From an uncultured Trueperaceae bacterium (GTDB lineage Bacteria > Deinococcota > Deinococci > Deinococcales > Trueperaceae): a stretch of 64,000 nt of DNA. Position numbers and translations under genes: made by a program. The stretch lies in contig CAWFFU010000004.1 in the NCBI GenBank assembly GCA_963815215.1, positions 147,065-211,064 on the forward strand, written 5' to 3'. The notes under the pieces are model-generated. The model had not been told where the DNA came from and did no database searches. It saw only the letters and a program-made list of their open reading frames with translations. Position 1 is the stretch's first letter, and each line of letters begins with the position of its first letter. This document shows positions 38,408 through 48,574 of this stretch, one piece after another.

Positions 38408-39688
38408 TCAGGGTGAGGACCGGCGCCCGGCAAGCGTGCGGTAGAGCCGTTCTCCCCCGAACGCCAGGAGCGCCAGGGCGGCGACCAGCCAGAGCTGCGC
38501 GGGGTGAGCGCTCGCCACCTGCACCAGCAGCGTGAGCAGCGCAGCGGCGGAGGCGGCGGCGGCCAGCCACGCGAGGCTCGGTCGCGCGCCGGTCCGGCCG
38601 GCGAGGCGCGCGCCGGCGACGTTGACGAAGGTGAAGATCAGCAGGAAGCCTGCGCTGCCGACGGCCGCGATGCTGGTGAGCGGCACGACGTTCGCCAGGA
38701 CCAGGGTGGCGCCGCCGGTGATGAGCAGCCCTTCGATCGGTCGGTTCCACACCTTGCGTTCGAGCGCCGCCGGCAGCTCGCCGGAACGGGCGATCACGAA
38801 GCTGACGCGCGCCGCGCCGTAGAGCGAGGCGTTGATGGCCGAGGCGGTCGAGAGCATCGCCGCGATCGCGATGAGGGCGAAGCCCGCCGTGCCCAGCGAG
38901 GGCTTCGCGGCCACCGCCAGCGCGTAGTCGCGGGCGTGGATCAGCGTGGCCTGCGGCACCGCGCCGACCGCCACCAGCGCTACCGCCACGTAGAGCGCCA
39001 CCACGAAGCCGACGGCCAGGTGGTAGGCGCGAGGCAGCGTCGCTCGCGGGTCGCGAACGTCCTCGGCGGAGTTCGCGATCAGCTCGAAACCCTCGTAGGC
39101 CAGGAAGATGAGCATGCCGCCGGCCGCCAGCGCGAGCGGGGAGGCCCAGGTGGCCGGCGCCAGCCGGCTGCCTTGGATGGCGAACGCGCCTGCGCCGACG
39201 AACAGCAGCAGGATGGCGACCTTCAGACCCACGATGACGGTCTCGGCCCGCCCCACCACGTCGGCGCCCAGCACGTTGAGCGCCGTGATCAGCACCAGCA
39301 CAGCGCTGATCAGTAGGTGGCGAACGACGTCGTGGGCCGGCCCGGGGACGAAGCTCGCACCGTAGCTGCCGAAGGCCTGGGCGTACAGGGCCAGCATCAC
39401 CAGGTAGCTCAGCCAAAGCAGGACGTTGAGCCCGCCGCTGAGCATGCCCGTGCCGAACGCCTGGTTGAGGAAGGTGACGGTGCCGCCGCGAGTGGGGAAG
39501 GCCAGGGTCAGGTGCACGTAACTGTTCGCGGTCAACAGCGCCACCAGCCCGGCCAGCAGGAAGGCCAGCGGCGCGCCGCCGCCCGCCAGCTCGACCGCGA
39601 GCCCGAGCACCGCGAAGATGCCGCCGCCCACCATGCCGCCGACGCCGATGGCGACCGCCCCCCACAACCCGATGGTGCCTCGTCCCAC
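38408..39688 (-). CDS. APC-family amino acid permease
   Basis: AIGVGGMVGGGIF, FLAYEGFELIANSAED, about 12 TM segments. Confidence 0.88.
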   Translation of the reverse strand: MGRGTIGLWGAVAIGVGGMVGGGIFAVLGLAVELAGGGAPLAFLLAGLVALLTANSYVHLTLAFPTRGGTVTFLNQAFGTGMLSGGLNVLLWLSYLVMLALYAQAFGSYGASFVPGPAHDVVRHLLISAVLVLITALNVLGADVVGRAETVIVGLKVAILLLFVGAGAFAIQGSRLAPATWASPLALAAGGMLIFLAYEGFELIANSAEDVRDPRATLPRAYHLAVGFVVALYVAVALVAVGAVPQATLIHARDYALAVAAKPSLGTAGFALIAIAAMLSTASAINASLYGAARVSFVIARSGELPAALERKVWNRPIEGLLITGGATLVLANVVPLTSIAAVGSAGFLLIFTFVNVAGARLAGRTGARPSLAWLAAAASAAALLTLLVQVASAHPAQLWLVAALALLAFGGERLYRTLAGRRSSP

Positions 39689-39794
39689 GCCGATGCGCTC
39701 CCGTCCGATCGGTTTCCCGCCCAGCGTACCGCCGCGCGCGCGGGCGCAGCGCGACTCACACCTCGATACCTCCCGGGGGTATAAGATACGGGAC

Positions 39795-40118
39795 ATGGCG
39801 AAGCACCCGATCAAGCTGACCGATACCTCGTTCAAGCGCGCGACCAAGTCCGGGGTCGCCCTGGTCGACTTCTGGGCGCCCTGGTGCGGGCCCTGCCGCA
39901 TGGTGGGTCCGATCGTGGAGGAGATCGCCGGCGAGCTCGGCGACAAGGTCCTGGTCGGCAAGTTGAACGTCGACGAGAACCCCAAGACCGCCATGCAGTT
40001 CCGCGTCCAGAGCATCCCGACCGTGCTGGTCCTCAAGGACGGCGAGCTGCAGCAGGCCATCGTGGGCGCGCGCCGCAAGGGGGACTACCTCGGGGCGCTT
40101 CAGAAGCAGCTGGCCTGA
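39795..40118 (+). CDS. trxA: Thioredoxin
   Basis: VDFWAPWCGPCR, KLNVDENP, SIPT. Confidence 0.95.
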   Translation: MAKHPIKLTDTSFKRATKSGVALVDFWAPWCGPCRMVGPIVEEIAGELGDKVLVGKLNVDENPKTAMQFRVQSIPTVLVLKDGELQQAIVGARRKGDYLGALQKQLA

Positions 40119-40311
40119 GCAGCTGGCCTGAGCCTCCGGCGCTCCCCGCGTGCTCACCTCAAGGCCTCCAGGGGCCGAAGCCGTCAGGCCCGAAGCGTCC
40201 CGGCATGGTGCTTCGCGTCATCGATACCCCAGCTCGCCCCAGCCCGGATCGCGTTGCCGTCACCCTGCTCGGGTCGGCTCGCTCGGGTCGCTCCGGTCAG
40301 GCCGCCCCCGG

Positions 40312-40815
40312 TCAGGCCGGCCCGCTCTCGGCGATGCGGCCCGTCGTCGCCAGGCGCGGGCTCAGCAGATGGTCGAGGCAGGCGTCGTAGGTCACACCCT
40401 GGCGGAAGTCGGCCGCCAGATCCTCGACGCTGACGTCGGCCAGCACCTCCAGCATGCGGTCGCGGACGCGTTCCCAGACCGTGCCACGCGCGTGGCAGCG
40501 GGACTCCTCGGGGCAGGCGGCGCGCCAGTTCAGGCTGACACAGGCCAGCGGCGCCACCGGTCCGTCGACGGCCCGGAGGACGTCACGCAGGCTGATCTCG
40601 AGGGCCGGGCGCGCCAGTGCGTAGCCGCCGCCGACGCCTTTCTTGGACGTGACCAGGCCGCGGCTGTTGAGCACCGCCAGCACTCTCAGTAGGTAGGGGC
40701 GCGCCACGCCGGTGGCGGTGCTGATGCCCCCGCTGGAGACCCAGCGGCCGCGCGGTTGGGTTCCCAGGAACCCCAGCGCCTGGAAGGCGTAGATGTCGGT
40801 GGCGGAGAGGCGCAT
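40312..40815 (-). CDS. Rrf2-family transcriptional regulator with three Cys
   Basis: [37 protein letters not shown]. Confidence 0.9.
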   Translation of the reverse strand: MRLSATDIYAFQALGFLGTQPRGRWVSSGGISTATGVARPYLLRVLAVLNSRGLVTSKKGVGGGYALARPALEISLRDVLRAVDGPVAPLACVSLNWRAACPEESRCHARGTVWERVRDRMLEVLADVSVEDLAADFRQGVTYDACLDHLLSPRLATTGRIAESGPA

Positions 40816-41013
40816 GGGCTCCCCCGAGTCTAGCAGCGCTCGCGGGGGCCGCGTCTCCAGGACGACGGCGCGAACGGCCACGGTCCGGGCAATATGGAGC
40901 CACCCAGAACGGTGCCGGAGCGCCGGCACCGGGGGCGCGAACGTTCGCGTGGCGCGCTCAGGTCCGAGCGCGCCCGAGCGAGCGCGCATCCTACAGGCGT
41001 GGAGGAGGTCGAG

Positions 41014-41877
41014 ATGAGCGAGTATGCGCATCCCGAGGTATTGGTGAGCACTGCGTGGGTCGAACAGCACGTCGCGGACGAAGGGATCCGCGTGCTGGAG
41101 GTCGACGAGGACGTGCTGCTATACGAGCAGGGTCACGTTCAGGGAGCCACCAAGCTCGACTGGCACACCGAGTTGCAGCGACCGGACGTGCGCGACTTCG
41201 TCGATGCAGCAGGGTTCGCCGAGTTGATGGAAGCCAAGGGCGTGAGCAGCGACACCACGGTCGTGCTCTACGGCGACAAGTCGAACTGGTGGGCGGCGTA
41301 CGCGTTCTGGTTCCTGAAGTACAACGGTCACGCGGACGTGAGGCTCATGGACGGCGGACGCAAGAAGTGGACGAGCGAGGGCCGCGCCCTGAGCGCGGAG
41401 GTGGCCGATTCGAAGCGTGGGAGGTACCACGTTCCCTACCGCGATGCGTCCATCCGGGCCTTCGCCACCGATGTCCTGCGGCAGATCATCGCCGTCAAGG
41501 ACGGTAGCGGGGCTCTGGTCGACGTCCGTAGCCCGCAGGAATACACCGGCGAGAAGCTCCACATGCCCGAGTACCCGCAGGAGGGCGCGCTGCGGGGCGG
41601 GCACGTGCCGGGCGCGCAGAGCATCCCTTGGGCGGAGGCCGTCGATGAGGACGGCACTTTCAAGGACGCCGAGGCGCTGCGCGAGCTCTACGGCTCGCAC
41701 GGCGTGACGCCCGACAAGGACGTGGTGGCCTACTGCCGCATCGCGGAACGGAGCAGCCACACCTGGTTCGTTCTGAAGTACCTGCTGGGGTATCCCAACG
41801 TCCGCAACTACGACGGCTCCTGGACCGAGTGGGGCAACATGGTCGGGGTGCCGATCCACCAGGGCGAGGCGGCGTAG
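41014..41877 (+). CDS. Double-domain sulfurtransferase (rhodanese, CysA/SseA type)
   Basis: [21 protein letters not shown], active site [18 protein letters not shown]. Confidence 0.95.
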   Translation: MSEYAHPEVLVSTAWVEQHVADEGIRVLEVDEDVLLYEQGHVQGATKLDWHTELQRPDVRDFVDAAGFAELMEAKGVSSDTTVVLYGDKSNWWAAYAFWFLKYNGHADVRLMDGGRKKWTSEGRALSAEVADSKRGRYHVPYRDASIRAFATDVLRQIIAVKDGSGALVDVRSPQEYTGEKLHMPEYPQEGALRGGHVPGAQSIPWAEAVDEDGTFKDAEALRELYGSHGVTPDKDVVAYCRIAERSSHTWFVLKYLLGYPNVRNYDGSWTEWGNMVGVPIHQGEAA

Positions 41878-42052
41878 TTCGATCGGGTCCGACGTTCCGA
41901 CTTGTCCCTTGACGCCCCTTCCGGCAGCTTCATAGGCTCGCGGGGAAGCTTCTCTCAGCGCGGCGCCAGTGTGACCGCTGCCCGAAGCGGCGGTGATCAC
42001 CCGGTGGACGCTCGCCACCGGCACGGCGCCCGCGCATCTTAGGAGGTTGGGT

Positions 42053-43348
42053 GTGAGACGTAGAGTCGTAGCGTTCCTGGCGATCGCTGCCCTGGTGTTG
42101 GCTACCGTGGGCGTGGCGAGCGCGCAGCAATTCGACTGGAAGCAGTTCTCCGGAACGAAGATCCGCTTCCTGATGAACCAGCATCCGTTCACGACCTTCA
42201 TCCAGCCGCTGCTACCGGAGTTCGAACAGCAGACGGGTATCCAGGTCACCTTCGAGACCTTCCCCGAGGACCAGTTCCGTCAGCGCCGCCTGCTCGAGGC
42301 GAGCAGCGGGGCGGACACGCTCGACGGCTACATGATCATGCCCGGTCAGGTGGGCGCTCAGTACCTCGAGGCCGGCTGGGTGCGCAACGTCGACGACTTC
42401 CTGGCCGATCCCACCATGACCGACCCCGGCATCGACCTGAACGATTTCTTCGGCGGGGCGCTGAACACGTTCAAGAACAACGGCAAGGTGTTCGGCCTGC
42501 CGCTGCAGAACGAGACCAGTCTTCTGTTCTACCGCAAGGATCTGTTCCAGCAGGCCGGCATCCAACGGCCTCCTCAGGACATGGCGGAGCTGCTGGCCGA
42601 TGCGGCGCTGCTGAAGCAAGGTCGGGTGGCGGGTTTCGCGATGCGCGGCAAGTCCGCCAGCGCGACCTCGCAGATCGTGAACTTCCTGATGTCCTTCGGG
42701 GGCGATTGGCTGAACGCCGACGGGACGTCGGCACTCAACAGTTACCAGAGCAAGCAGGCGCTGGCGTTCTATGCCGACCTGCTGCGCAACTACGGCCCTC
42801 CGGGCGAGTCGAACATGTCGTGGCCGGAGGTGACCAGCCTCTACGCGCAGGGCCAGGCGGCCATGATCTTCGATGCCAACGTGTTCCGCTCGATCATGGA
42901 GGACCCCAAGCAGGCCACCGATGTAGTGCGCAACAACACCGGCTACGCGCCGCTCCCCGCGGGCCCGGCCGGCCTGCACCCGGTGGTGCTGGTGTGGGGT
43001 CTCAGCGTCAACCACGCCTCCAAGCACGCGGGCGCGGCCTGGTACTTCATCCAGTGGGCGCTCTCCAAGACAAACCAGGAGAAGGCCATCCTGGCCGGCG
43101 TTCCGGCAGCGCGTACCTCGGCCTGGCAGAACGAGGAGTTCATGAAGACGGCTCCGGCGGACTGGATCGACGCATCGCAGAAGAGCTTCGCGGTCGGCAA
43201 TCCGAACTGGAACCCGCCGGTGAAGCCAGTGCCAGAAGTGCGCGATGCGTACGGTCAGGCGATCGTGGCGGCGCTCGAGGGCAAGCCTGTAGGCCCCGCT
43301 CTGGATCAGGCGGCGAAGTCGATCGACCAGATCCTGGCGAACCAGTAG
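42053..43348 (+). CDS. Carbohydrate ABC substrate-binding protein
   Basis: Signal peptide, LFYRKDLF, AAWYFIQW. GTG after AGGAGG. Confidence 0.9.
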   Translation: MRRRVVAFLAIAALVLATVGVASAQQFDWKQFSGTKIRFLMNQHPFTTFIQPLLPEFEQQTGIQVTFETFPEDQFRQRRLLEASSGADTLDGYMIMPGQVGAQYLEAGWVRNVDDFLADPTMTDPGIDLNDFFGGALNTFKNNGKVFGLPLQNETSLLFYRKDLFQQAGIQRPPQDMAELLADAALLKQGRVAGFAMRGKSASATSQIVNFLMSFGGDWLNADGTSALNSYQSKQALAFYADLLRNYGPPGESNMSWPEVTSLYAQGQAAMIFDANVFRSIMEDPKQATDVVRNNTGYAPLPAGPAGLHPVVLVWGLSVNHASKHAGAAWYFIQWALSKTNQEKAILAGVPAARTSAWQNEEFMKTAPADWIDASQKSFAVGNPNWNPPVKPVPEVRDAYGQAIVAALEGKPVGPALDQAAKSIDQILANQ

Positions 43349-43442
43349 CGTAGCGTTCGCGCAGACCCATGCTGCACGATCCTCGAGGGGATGAGGCGGT
43401 ATGGGTCCGCGCGAGCCGCGTGCGCCAGCGAGGGACCTGCCC

Positions 43443-44318
43443 ATGACCGAACGCGCAGCTCGATTCTTCGATCGCAACGCGCAGTGGCTCTTCCCGCTGC
43501 CAGCGGTGATCGCGATCGTGATCCTCTTCGTCGGTCCGGTGCTCGCGAACGCATACATCTCCGTTCACGACTGGTACATCGGCGCCACCCCCAAGTACAT
43601 CGGTTTGGGGAATTTCGTCCGTGCTCTGAACGACCATCGATTCTGGGGCGGCCTGAAGAACACGTTCTATTTCACGTTGGTGGCGGTTCCTGTGGAGCTG
43701 GTCCTGGGCCTGGGCATCGCCGTGCTCTTCAACCGCGACTTCCGCGGCAAGGGCCTGGTGCGCACGATCATCCTGCTCCCCATGGTCGCGACGCCGGTCG
43801 CCATCGCGCTCATCTGGGCGCTGATGTTCAACCCCAGCCTGGGCGTCATGAACTACTTCCTCGAGAGCCTGGGCCTGCCGCGCTCGCTATGGGTCGCCAG
43901 CGCGCAACTCGCCATCCCCTCGCTCACGCTCGTCGACATCTGGGAGTGGACGCCGATGGTGGCGCTGATCCTGTTGGCGGCGCTGCAAGGCGTGCCCACC
44001 GAGCTCTATGAGGCCGCCATCATCGACGGCGCCGGGCCGGTGCAGGCCTTCCGATTCATCACGTTGCCCTCGATCCGCTCCGCGGCGGTCATCGCGCTCA
44101 TCCTGCGCAGCATCGACGCGCTGAAGACGTTCGACATCATCTACGTCATCACCCAGGGAGGGCCGGGGATCGCCTCGGAGACGCTCAACGTATTCGCCTT
44201 CAAGACCGGCTTCGAGTTCTTCCGGGCCGGATACGCCGCGTCGCTGCTGATCTTCCTGCTGGTGGCGGTGCTCGGCGTCTCGGTGCTGCTCAACATGACG
44301 CGTCGGAGCCCGGCATGA
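43443..44318 (+). CDS. Carbohydrate ABC permease
   Basis: ELYEAAIIDGA...FRFITLP; ITQGGPG. Confidence 0.93.
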   Translation: MTERAARFFDRNAQWLFPLPAVIAIVILFVGPVLANAYISVHDWYIGATPKYIGLGNFVRALNDHRFWGGLKNTFYFTLVAVPVELVLGLGIAVLFNRDFRGKGLVRTIILLPMVATPVAIALIWALMFNPSLGVMNYFLESLGLPRSLWVASAQLAIPSLTLVDIWEWTPMVALILLAALQGVPTELYEAAIIDGAGPVQAFRFITLPSIRSAAVIALILRSIDALKTFDIIYVITQGGPGIASETLNVFAFKTGFEFFRAGYAASLLIFLLVAVLGVSVLLNMTRRSPA

Positions 44319-45187
44319 GCGCCCTGAGCCAGGGCGGCCCCCGGCGCGCGCAGGCCACGCCGGCCGGTGACCGGCGCAGGCGCCGCCTGCGCCAGGCGCT
44401 CATCTACCTGCTGATGGCCGTGGTGATCGTCATCCTGCTGTTCCCGTTCTACTGGATGATCCTCACCAGCCTGCGCAACCAGGTCGACAACACCAGCCCG
44501 GTACCGGTGTGGTTCTTCAAGCCGACGCTGGACAACTACCTCAACGTCATCCGCCAGAACAACTTCCTGGCCTACACCTGGCACTCCCTGGTGATCGCCA
44601 CGCTGGCGACCAGCGTGGGCCTGGTCCTCGGGCTGCCGGCGGCCTACTCGATCGCCCGCTACAAGCAGAACGGCCTCGCCTTCGCCATCCTGATGGCTCG
44701 GCTGACCCCCTACATCACCTACCTGGTGCCCTGGTACATGGCCTTCCGTGCCCTGCACCTGATCGACACCTACGTCGCCCTGACGGCGACGCACCTGATC
44801 GTGGGGATGCCGTTGATCATCTGGATCATGATCTCGTTCTTCGAAGAGGTGCCGCGAGATCTGGAGGAGGCGGCGTACGTCGACGGAGCCAGCCGCTTCG
44901 GGACGTTCACGCGCATCGTGCTGCCGCTCTCGACTCCCGGCATCGTGGCGGCGAGCATCCTATCGTTCATCTTCAGCTGGAACCAGTTCTTGTTCAGCCT
45001 GGTGCTGTCCGGGCCCAACACCAAACCGGTGCCGGTGGCGGTGTTCAACTTCATCAGCTACGGTCAGATCAACTTCGGCGGGCTGGGCGCCGCCGCGGTG
45101 CTGATCACCCTGCCGGTGCTGATCTTGACGTTGGCTATCCAGCGCTACATCGTGTCGGGGCTCACGATGGGAGCCGTCAAGGGCTGA
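44315..45187 (+). CDS. Carbohydrate ABC permease
   Basis: PRDLEEAAYVDGA, FIFSWNQF, GLTMGAVKG. Confidence 0.93.
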   Translation: MSALSQGGPRRAQATPAGDRRRRRLRQALIYLLMAVVIVILLFPFYWMILTSLRNQVDNTSPVPVWFFKPTLDNYLNVIRQNNFLAYTWHSLVIATLATSVGLVLGLPAAYSIARYKQNGLAFAILMARLTPYITYLVPWYMAFRALHLIDTYVALTATHLIVGMPLIIWIMISFFEEVPRDLEEAAYVDGASRFGTFTRIVLPLSTPGIVAASILSFIFSWNQFLFSLVLSGPNTKPVPVAVFNFISYGQINFGGLGAAAVLITLPVLILTLAIQRYIVSGLTMGAVKG

Positions 45188-46226
45188 CGCCCGCGGCGCC
45201 GGGCTTCAGGAGCACCTTGGCGCCCCGTTTCGAACGCACCACGGCGAGCGCCTCGTCCCAGGCGCCGAGGTCGAAGCGGTGGGTGATCAGACGCTCGGCG
45301 TCGATGGCGCCGTCGGCCAGCAGGCGGAGCGCCCGCGGCCATGCGGTGGGCACCGAGGCGTTGGTGCCGGTCACGGTCAGTTCCTTGTAGCAGACCACGT
45401 CCTGATCGAGGGCGATGGGGTGGCCGTAGAGCCCCATCTGGGCGAAGCGTCCGCCCCGGGCGACCACCTGCAGGAGCGTGGCGGCTGCTGGCTCGGCGCC
45501 GGAGCACTCGATCACTACGTCGGCGCCGTCGGCCTGCAGGGCGTCGTTCACCGCCAGCGGTACGCTGCTCTCTTGCTCGACGTCGATCGTAGCAGCGGCC
45601 CCCAGCTCGCGCGCCAGCGCGAGACGGTCGCGGTCGGCGCCGGTGCCGAGCATGACCGCCCGGGCACCGCTGGCGACGGCCAGCTGCAGGGCGAGCAGGC
45701 CGATCGGGCCCGGCCCGGTGATGGCAACGCGGTCACCGGCCCGGACCCCCGCGGTATCGGTGACGCCGTGCACGGTGCAGGCCAGCGGTTCGGTGAGGGC
45801 GGCGTGGTCGAGCGGGAGGGTATCGGGCACGCGGTGCAGGTTGATCGCCGGCACGAGGAGGTAAGGGGCGAAGGCGCCGTTCTCCTTGGATCCGATGGAG
45901 CGGCGCGCGCTGCACAGATTGGGACGCCCGCGCCGGCAATGGGTGCAGCGGCCGCACGTGGAGAAGTAGGTCTCCGAGGTAACGCGGTCACCGACACGCC
46001 AGTTCGAGACGCCGGCCCCCACCTGCGCGACGGTCCCGGCGAGCTCGTGCCCCATCGTCACCGGTGGCTCCGTGGCGAACTCGTCGTCGACGATGTGGAG
46101 ATCGGTGCCGCAGATGCCGGCGGCGGCCACCTCGATGACGACCTGGCCCGGTCCGGCCGACGGCTCGTCCACATCGACGACCGCGACGTGCCCGACTCCG
46201 CGGGCGAGTTTGCGAACGGCGATCAT
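45177..46226 (-). CDS. Zn-dependent alcohol/polyol dehydrogenase (sorbitol/threonine dehydrogenase family)
   Basis: GICGTDLH, GHE, CxxCxxC...C structural Zn site, GPGPIGL. Confidence 0.92.
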   Translation of the reverse strand: MIAVRKLARGVGHVAVVDVDEPSAGPGQVVIEVAAAGICGTDLHIVDDEFATEPPVTMGHELAGTVAQVGAGVSNWRVGDRVTSETYFSTCGRCTHCRRGRPNLCSARRSIGSKENGAFAPYLLVPAINLHRVPDTLPLDHAALTEPLACTVHGVTDTAGVRAGDRVAITGPGPIGLLALQLAVASGARAVMLGTGADRDRLALARELGAAATIDVEQESSVPLAVNDALQADGADVVIECSGAEPAAATLLQVVARGGRFAQMGLYGHPIALDQDVVCYKELTVTGTNASVPTAWPRALRLLADGAIDAERLITHRFDLGAWDEALAVVRSKRGAKVLLKPGAAGVSP

Positions 46227-46334
46227 GCTGGCGTCCTCTCCGGCCCTGGCGGCCGCTCCGGGCCGTGGTGCAACGTCCTCATGGTAGGGCGAGTGGCAGC
46301 TCTTCGAACGAAGACTCCGCCCAGCGAAGCGACG

Positions 46335-46838
46335 TCAGGGCGTGGCCGACAGGGCATCGAAGTGCTTCTGCTGCTCCGGTGTCCACCACGTGCGAATGAG
46401 CGCCAGCACGTCGCGCACGTCCTGCCGGGTCCAGGAGTTGCCGACGCCCGGCATGGTGCCCTTGCCGCCCTTGATGATGAACTGAAGGTCGATGGCGTTC
46501 GTCTGCCAGGCGGTGCCCTGCGCGTCCAGGGGCGGGATGCCCAGTCCGGGCATGGCTGCACCCGAGCCGTAGGGCCCGTGACAGGCCACGCAATCGGCGT
46601 TGTAGAGGGTGGTGGCGCGCTGGAAGTCCGGGGACGGTTCGTCCTGCGCGACGACCGGTGCCGCCTCACCGGGAGTGCCGGCAGGAGTTGTGGCGGTCGC
46701 GGAACGCGCGGCCCAGGCGAACGTTCCGATGAGCGCGAGCAGCGCGGCGAGCGCAAGGAGGCCGGGCCGGCGTCCCGACGATCCGAGGCGGAGGCGGCCG
46801 TGCTCGATAGGTCTCGTGCGGGGTTCGGTGTGCGCCAT
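46335..46838 (-). CDS. Monoheme cytochrome c, exported or membrane-anchored
   Basis: Hydrophobic N-terminal segment, CVACHG heme motif, distal Met (GTMPG). Confidence 0.85.
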   Translation of the reverse strand: MAHTEPRTRPIEHGRLRLGSSGRRPGLLALAALLALIGTFAWAARSATATTPAGTPGEAAPVVAQDEPSPDFQRATTLYNADCVACHGPYGSGAAMPGLGIPPLDAQGTAWQTNAIDLQFIIKGGKGTMPGVGNSWTRQDVRDVLALIRTWWTPEQQKHFDALSATP

Positions 46839-46950
46839 CGTGGTCGACTCCAGGAACTGCCGGCGGGGACGTGTCTCGTCTCCGGTCTGGCCGCAGCATC
46901 GCGCGTGCCGTCGGTCGCTCGCCAGGGTCGGATGCCCCATCCGGGCGGGG

Positions 46951-46990
46951 CCCGCCACACGCGCGCGTGGCCCGCCACACGCGCGCGTGG
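46951..46990. repeat. 20-bp tandem duplication
   Basis: CCCGCCACACGCGCGCGTGG x2, exact. Confidence 0.85.
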
Positions 46991-47162
46991 CCTGTCGGCG
47001 CGGGGGCGCGGTAGGCTGGGCGGGTACGCTCCCGACGCGAGCGGAGGTCGCTATGACGCAGATGACACGGCTATGGCAGGCCCCGGAGGTCCTCGACTCC
47101 GTGGCCGGGCGCCGGCCGGCCACCTGGAGCCGCGCGTTCTGAAGGCGACCGGGTAAGGTTCG

Positions 47163-48449
47163 GTGCTGCGCTTCCGCCTCAGTCTGCTGCTGGCCTCTGC
47201 GCTGCTGCTGGCGCTGCTGGCCTTCGCGGGCCTCGCCGGCGCCGTGTTCGGCCAGATCCAGGATCGCGAGCTCGGTCAACTCTTGCAGCGTGAGCTGAGC
47301 CGCGTTCAGAGCCTGCTGAGCCAGGCGGCGGTGGGCGAGCAGTTCCTGGACACGCCGGGTCAATCCATGACCTTGCAGTTCGTCACCCGCTCCGGCACAG
47401 TGGCCATCCCCAGTGGCCATCCCGAGGCCTTGCCGTTGGAACCGATGCCCACCACCGTGAAGCTCGGGAACCGCACGCTCATGGTGGCGTCGGCGCCCTG
47501 GCGGCTCGCCGGCGGCACGACTCTAGGCACCGTGCGACTGGGCATGGACATCACCGATGCGCTGGCCGCGCGGCGCACGCTGCGCGTCAGCCTGGTGACC
47601 TCGGGCGCGCTCATCGCCGCCGCTGCCATGCTGGCGGGGTTGCTGATCCTGGGCCGCACCTTGCGGCCGCTGCGCCAGCTCGCCGTGCAGGCGGACCAGC
47701 TCGACCCGCGCGATCCGCACCTGACGGCGGTGACCGATCGCGACGACGAGGTCGGACGCGTGTACGGCGCGTTGCAGCGCGCGCTGGAAGCGATCCGCGA
47801 GCGCCAGCAGGCGGAGCGCGACGCCCTGGCCGAGGTCGCGCATGAGCTGGCGGCGCCACTGTCGGTGGTGGCGGGTCAGCTCGATGCGCTCTCCGCGCAG
47901 GATTCCGATCCGCACGTGCTGGCCGCCCGGGACGCCGCACGCGAGCTGCTCTACACCTCGCAGGACCTGTTGACGTTGGCGCGCGGCGAGCTCGAGCGCC
48001 CCGTCGAGCTGGAGGCGGTCCCCCTCGCCGAGCTGGCGCGGCGCGTGGCCTACGAGTACCCGGGCGTGGTCGTGGTGGACGAGGGCGACACGCGCGTGCT
48101 GGCCAGTCCGCAGCGGTTGGCGCAGGTGGTCCGGAACCTGGTCCGCAATGCCCTGCAGGCCGCCAGCGGCCCGGCGGCCGTGGGCGTGCGGGTGACGGGT
48201 GAGGGTGACGAGGTCCGGCTGGACGTGCAGGACGACGGGCCGGGCCTGGCCGAGGAGGCGCAGCGCCGCGTGTTCGAGCGGTACTACACCCGGCGTCGCG
48301 CCGCAGGCGGCAGCGGCATCGGCCTCACGGTGGTCCGCACCATCATCGAGGCGCACGGCGGTAGCGTCGCCGTGCGCTCGGCACCCGGGCAGGGCACGAC
48401 GTTCACCGTGCTGCTGCCGAGCCTGGAAGCCGAGATCGCTGAGACCTGA
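47163..48449 (+). CDS. HAMP-domain sensor histidine kinase
   Basis: Two TM segments, HAMP (RDDEVGR), H-box AHELAAPL, N-box NLVRNA, DDGPG, GGSGIGL. Confidence 0.93.
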   Translation: MLRFRLSLLLASALLLALLAFAGLAGAVFGQIQDRELGQLLQRELSRVQSLLSQAAVGEQFLDTPGQSMTLQFVTRSGTVAIPSGHPEALPLEPMPTTVKLGNRTLMVASAPWRLAGGTTLGTVRLGMDITDALAARRTLRVSLVTSGALIAAAAMLAGLLILGRTLRPLRQLAVQADQLDPRDPHLTAVTDRDDEVGRVYGALQRALEAIRERQQAERDALAEVAHELAAPLSVVAGQLDALSAQDSDPHVLAARDAARELLYTSQDLLTLARGELERPVELEAVPLAELARRVAYEYPGVVVVDEGDTRVLASPQRLAQVVRNLVRNALQAASGPAAVGVRVTGEGDEVRLDVQDDGPGLAEEAQRRVFERYYTRRRAAGGSGIGLTVVRTIIEAHGGSVAVRSAPGQGTTFTVLLPSLEAEIAET

Positions 48450-48461
48450 GGGCGATTCCGT

Positions 48462-48503
48462 GGCCGTATCTGCGGGCCGCATCTGCGGGCCGTATCTACG
48501 GGC
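48462..48503. repeat. 13-bp tandem repeat x3
   Basis: GGCCGTATCTGCG GGCCGCATCTGCG GGCCGTATCTACG GGC. Confidence 0.8.
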
Positions 48504-48574
48504 AGCGCCCGCGCCCGGGCGGGGGCCTCGCCTGCGACCGTGCGAGCGGCGCCGCTCGGGATATCCTTGGCGCC

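Noticed and set aside
40936..40949. CGCGAACGTTCGCG as a LexA SOS box
   Set aside because: The Gram-positive box is GAAC-N4-GTTC; here there is no spacer and no repair gene nearby.
47053..47077. ATGAC/ATGAC/ATGGC repeats between the cytochrome c and kinase genes as a PhoB-like box
   Set aside because: Spacing is irregular (9 and 11 bp) and the repeats do not match the TTCAG box.
46951..48503. Short tandem repeats as a CRISPR array
   Set aside because: The units are adjacent with no unique spacers, and there are no cas genes.
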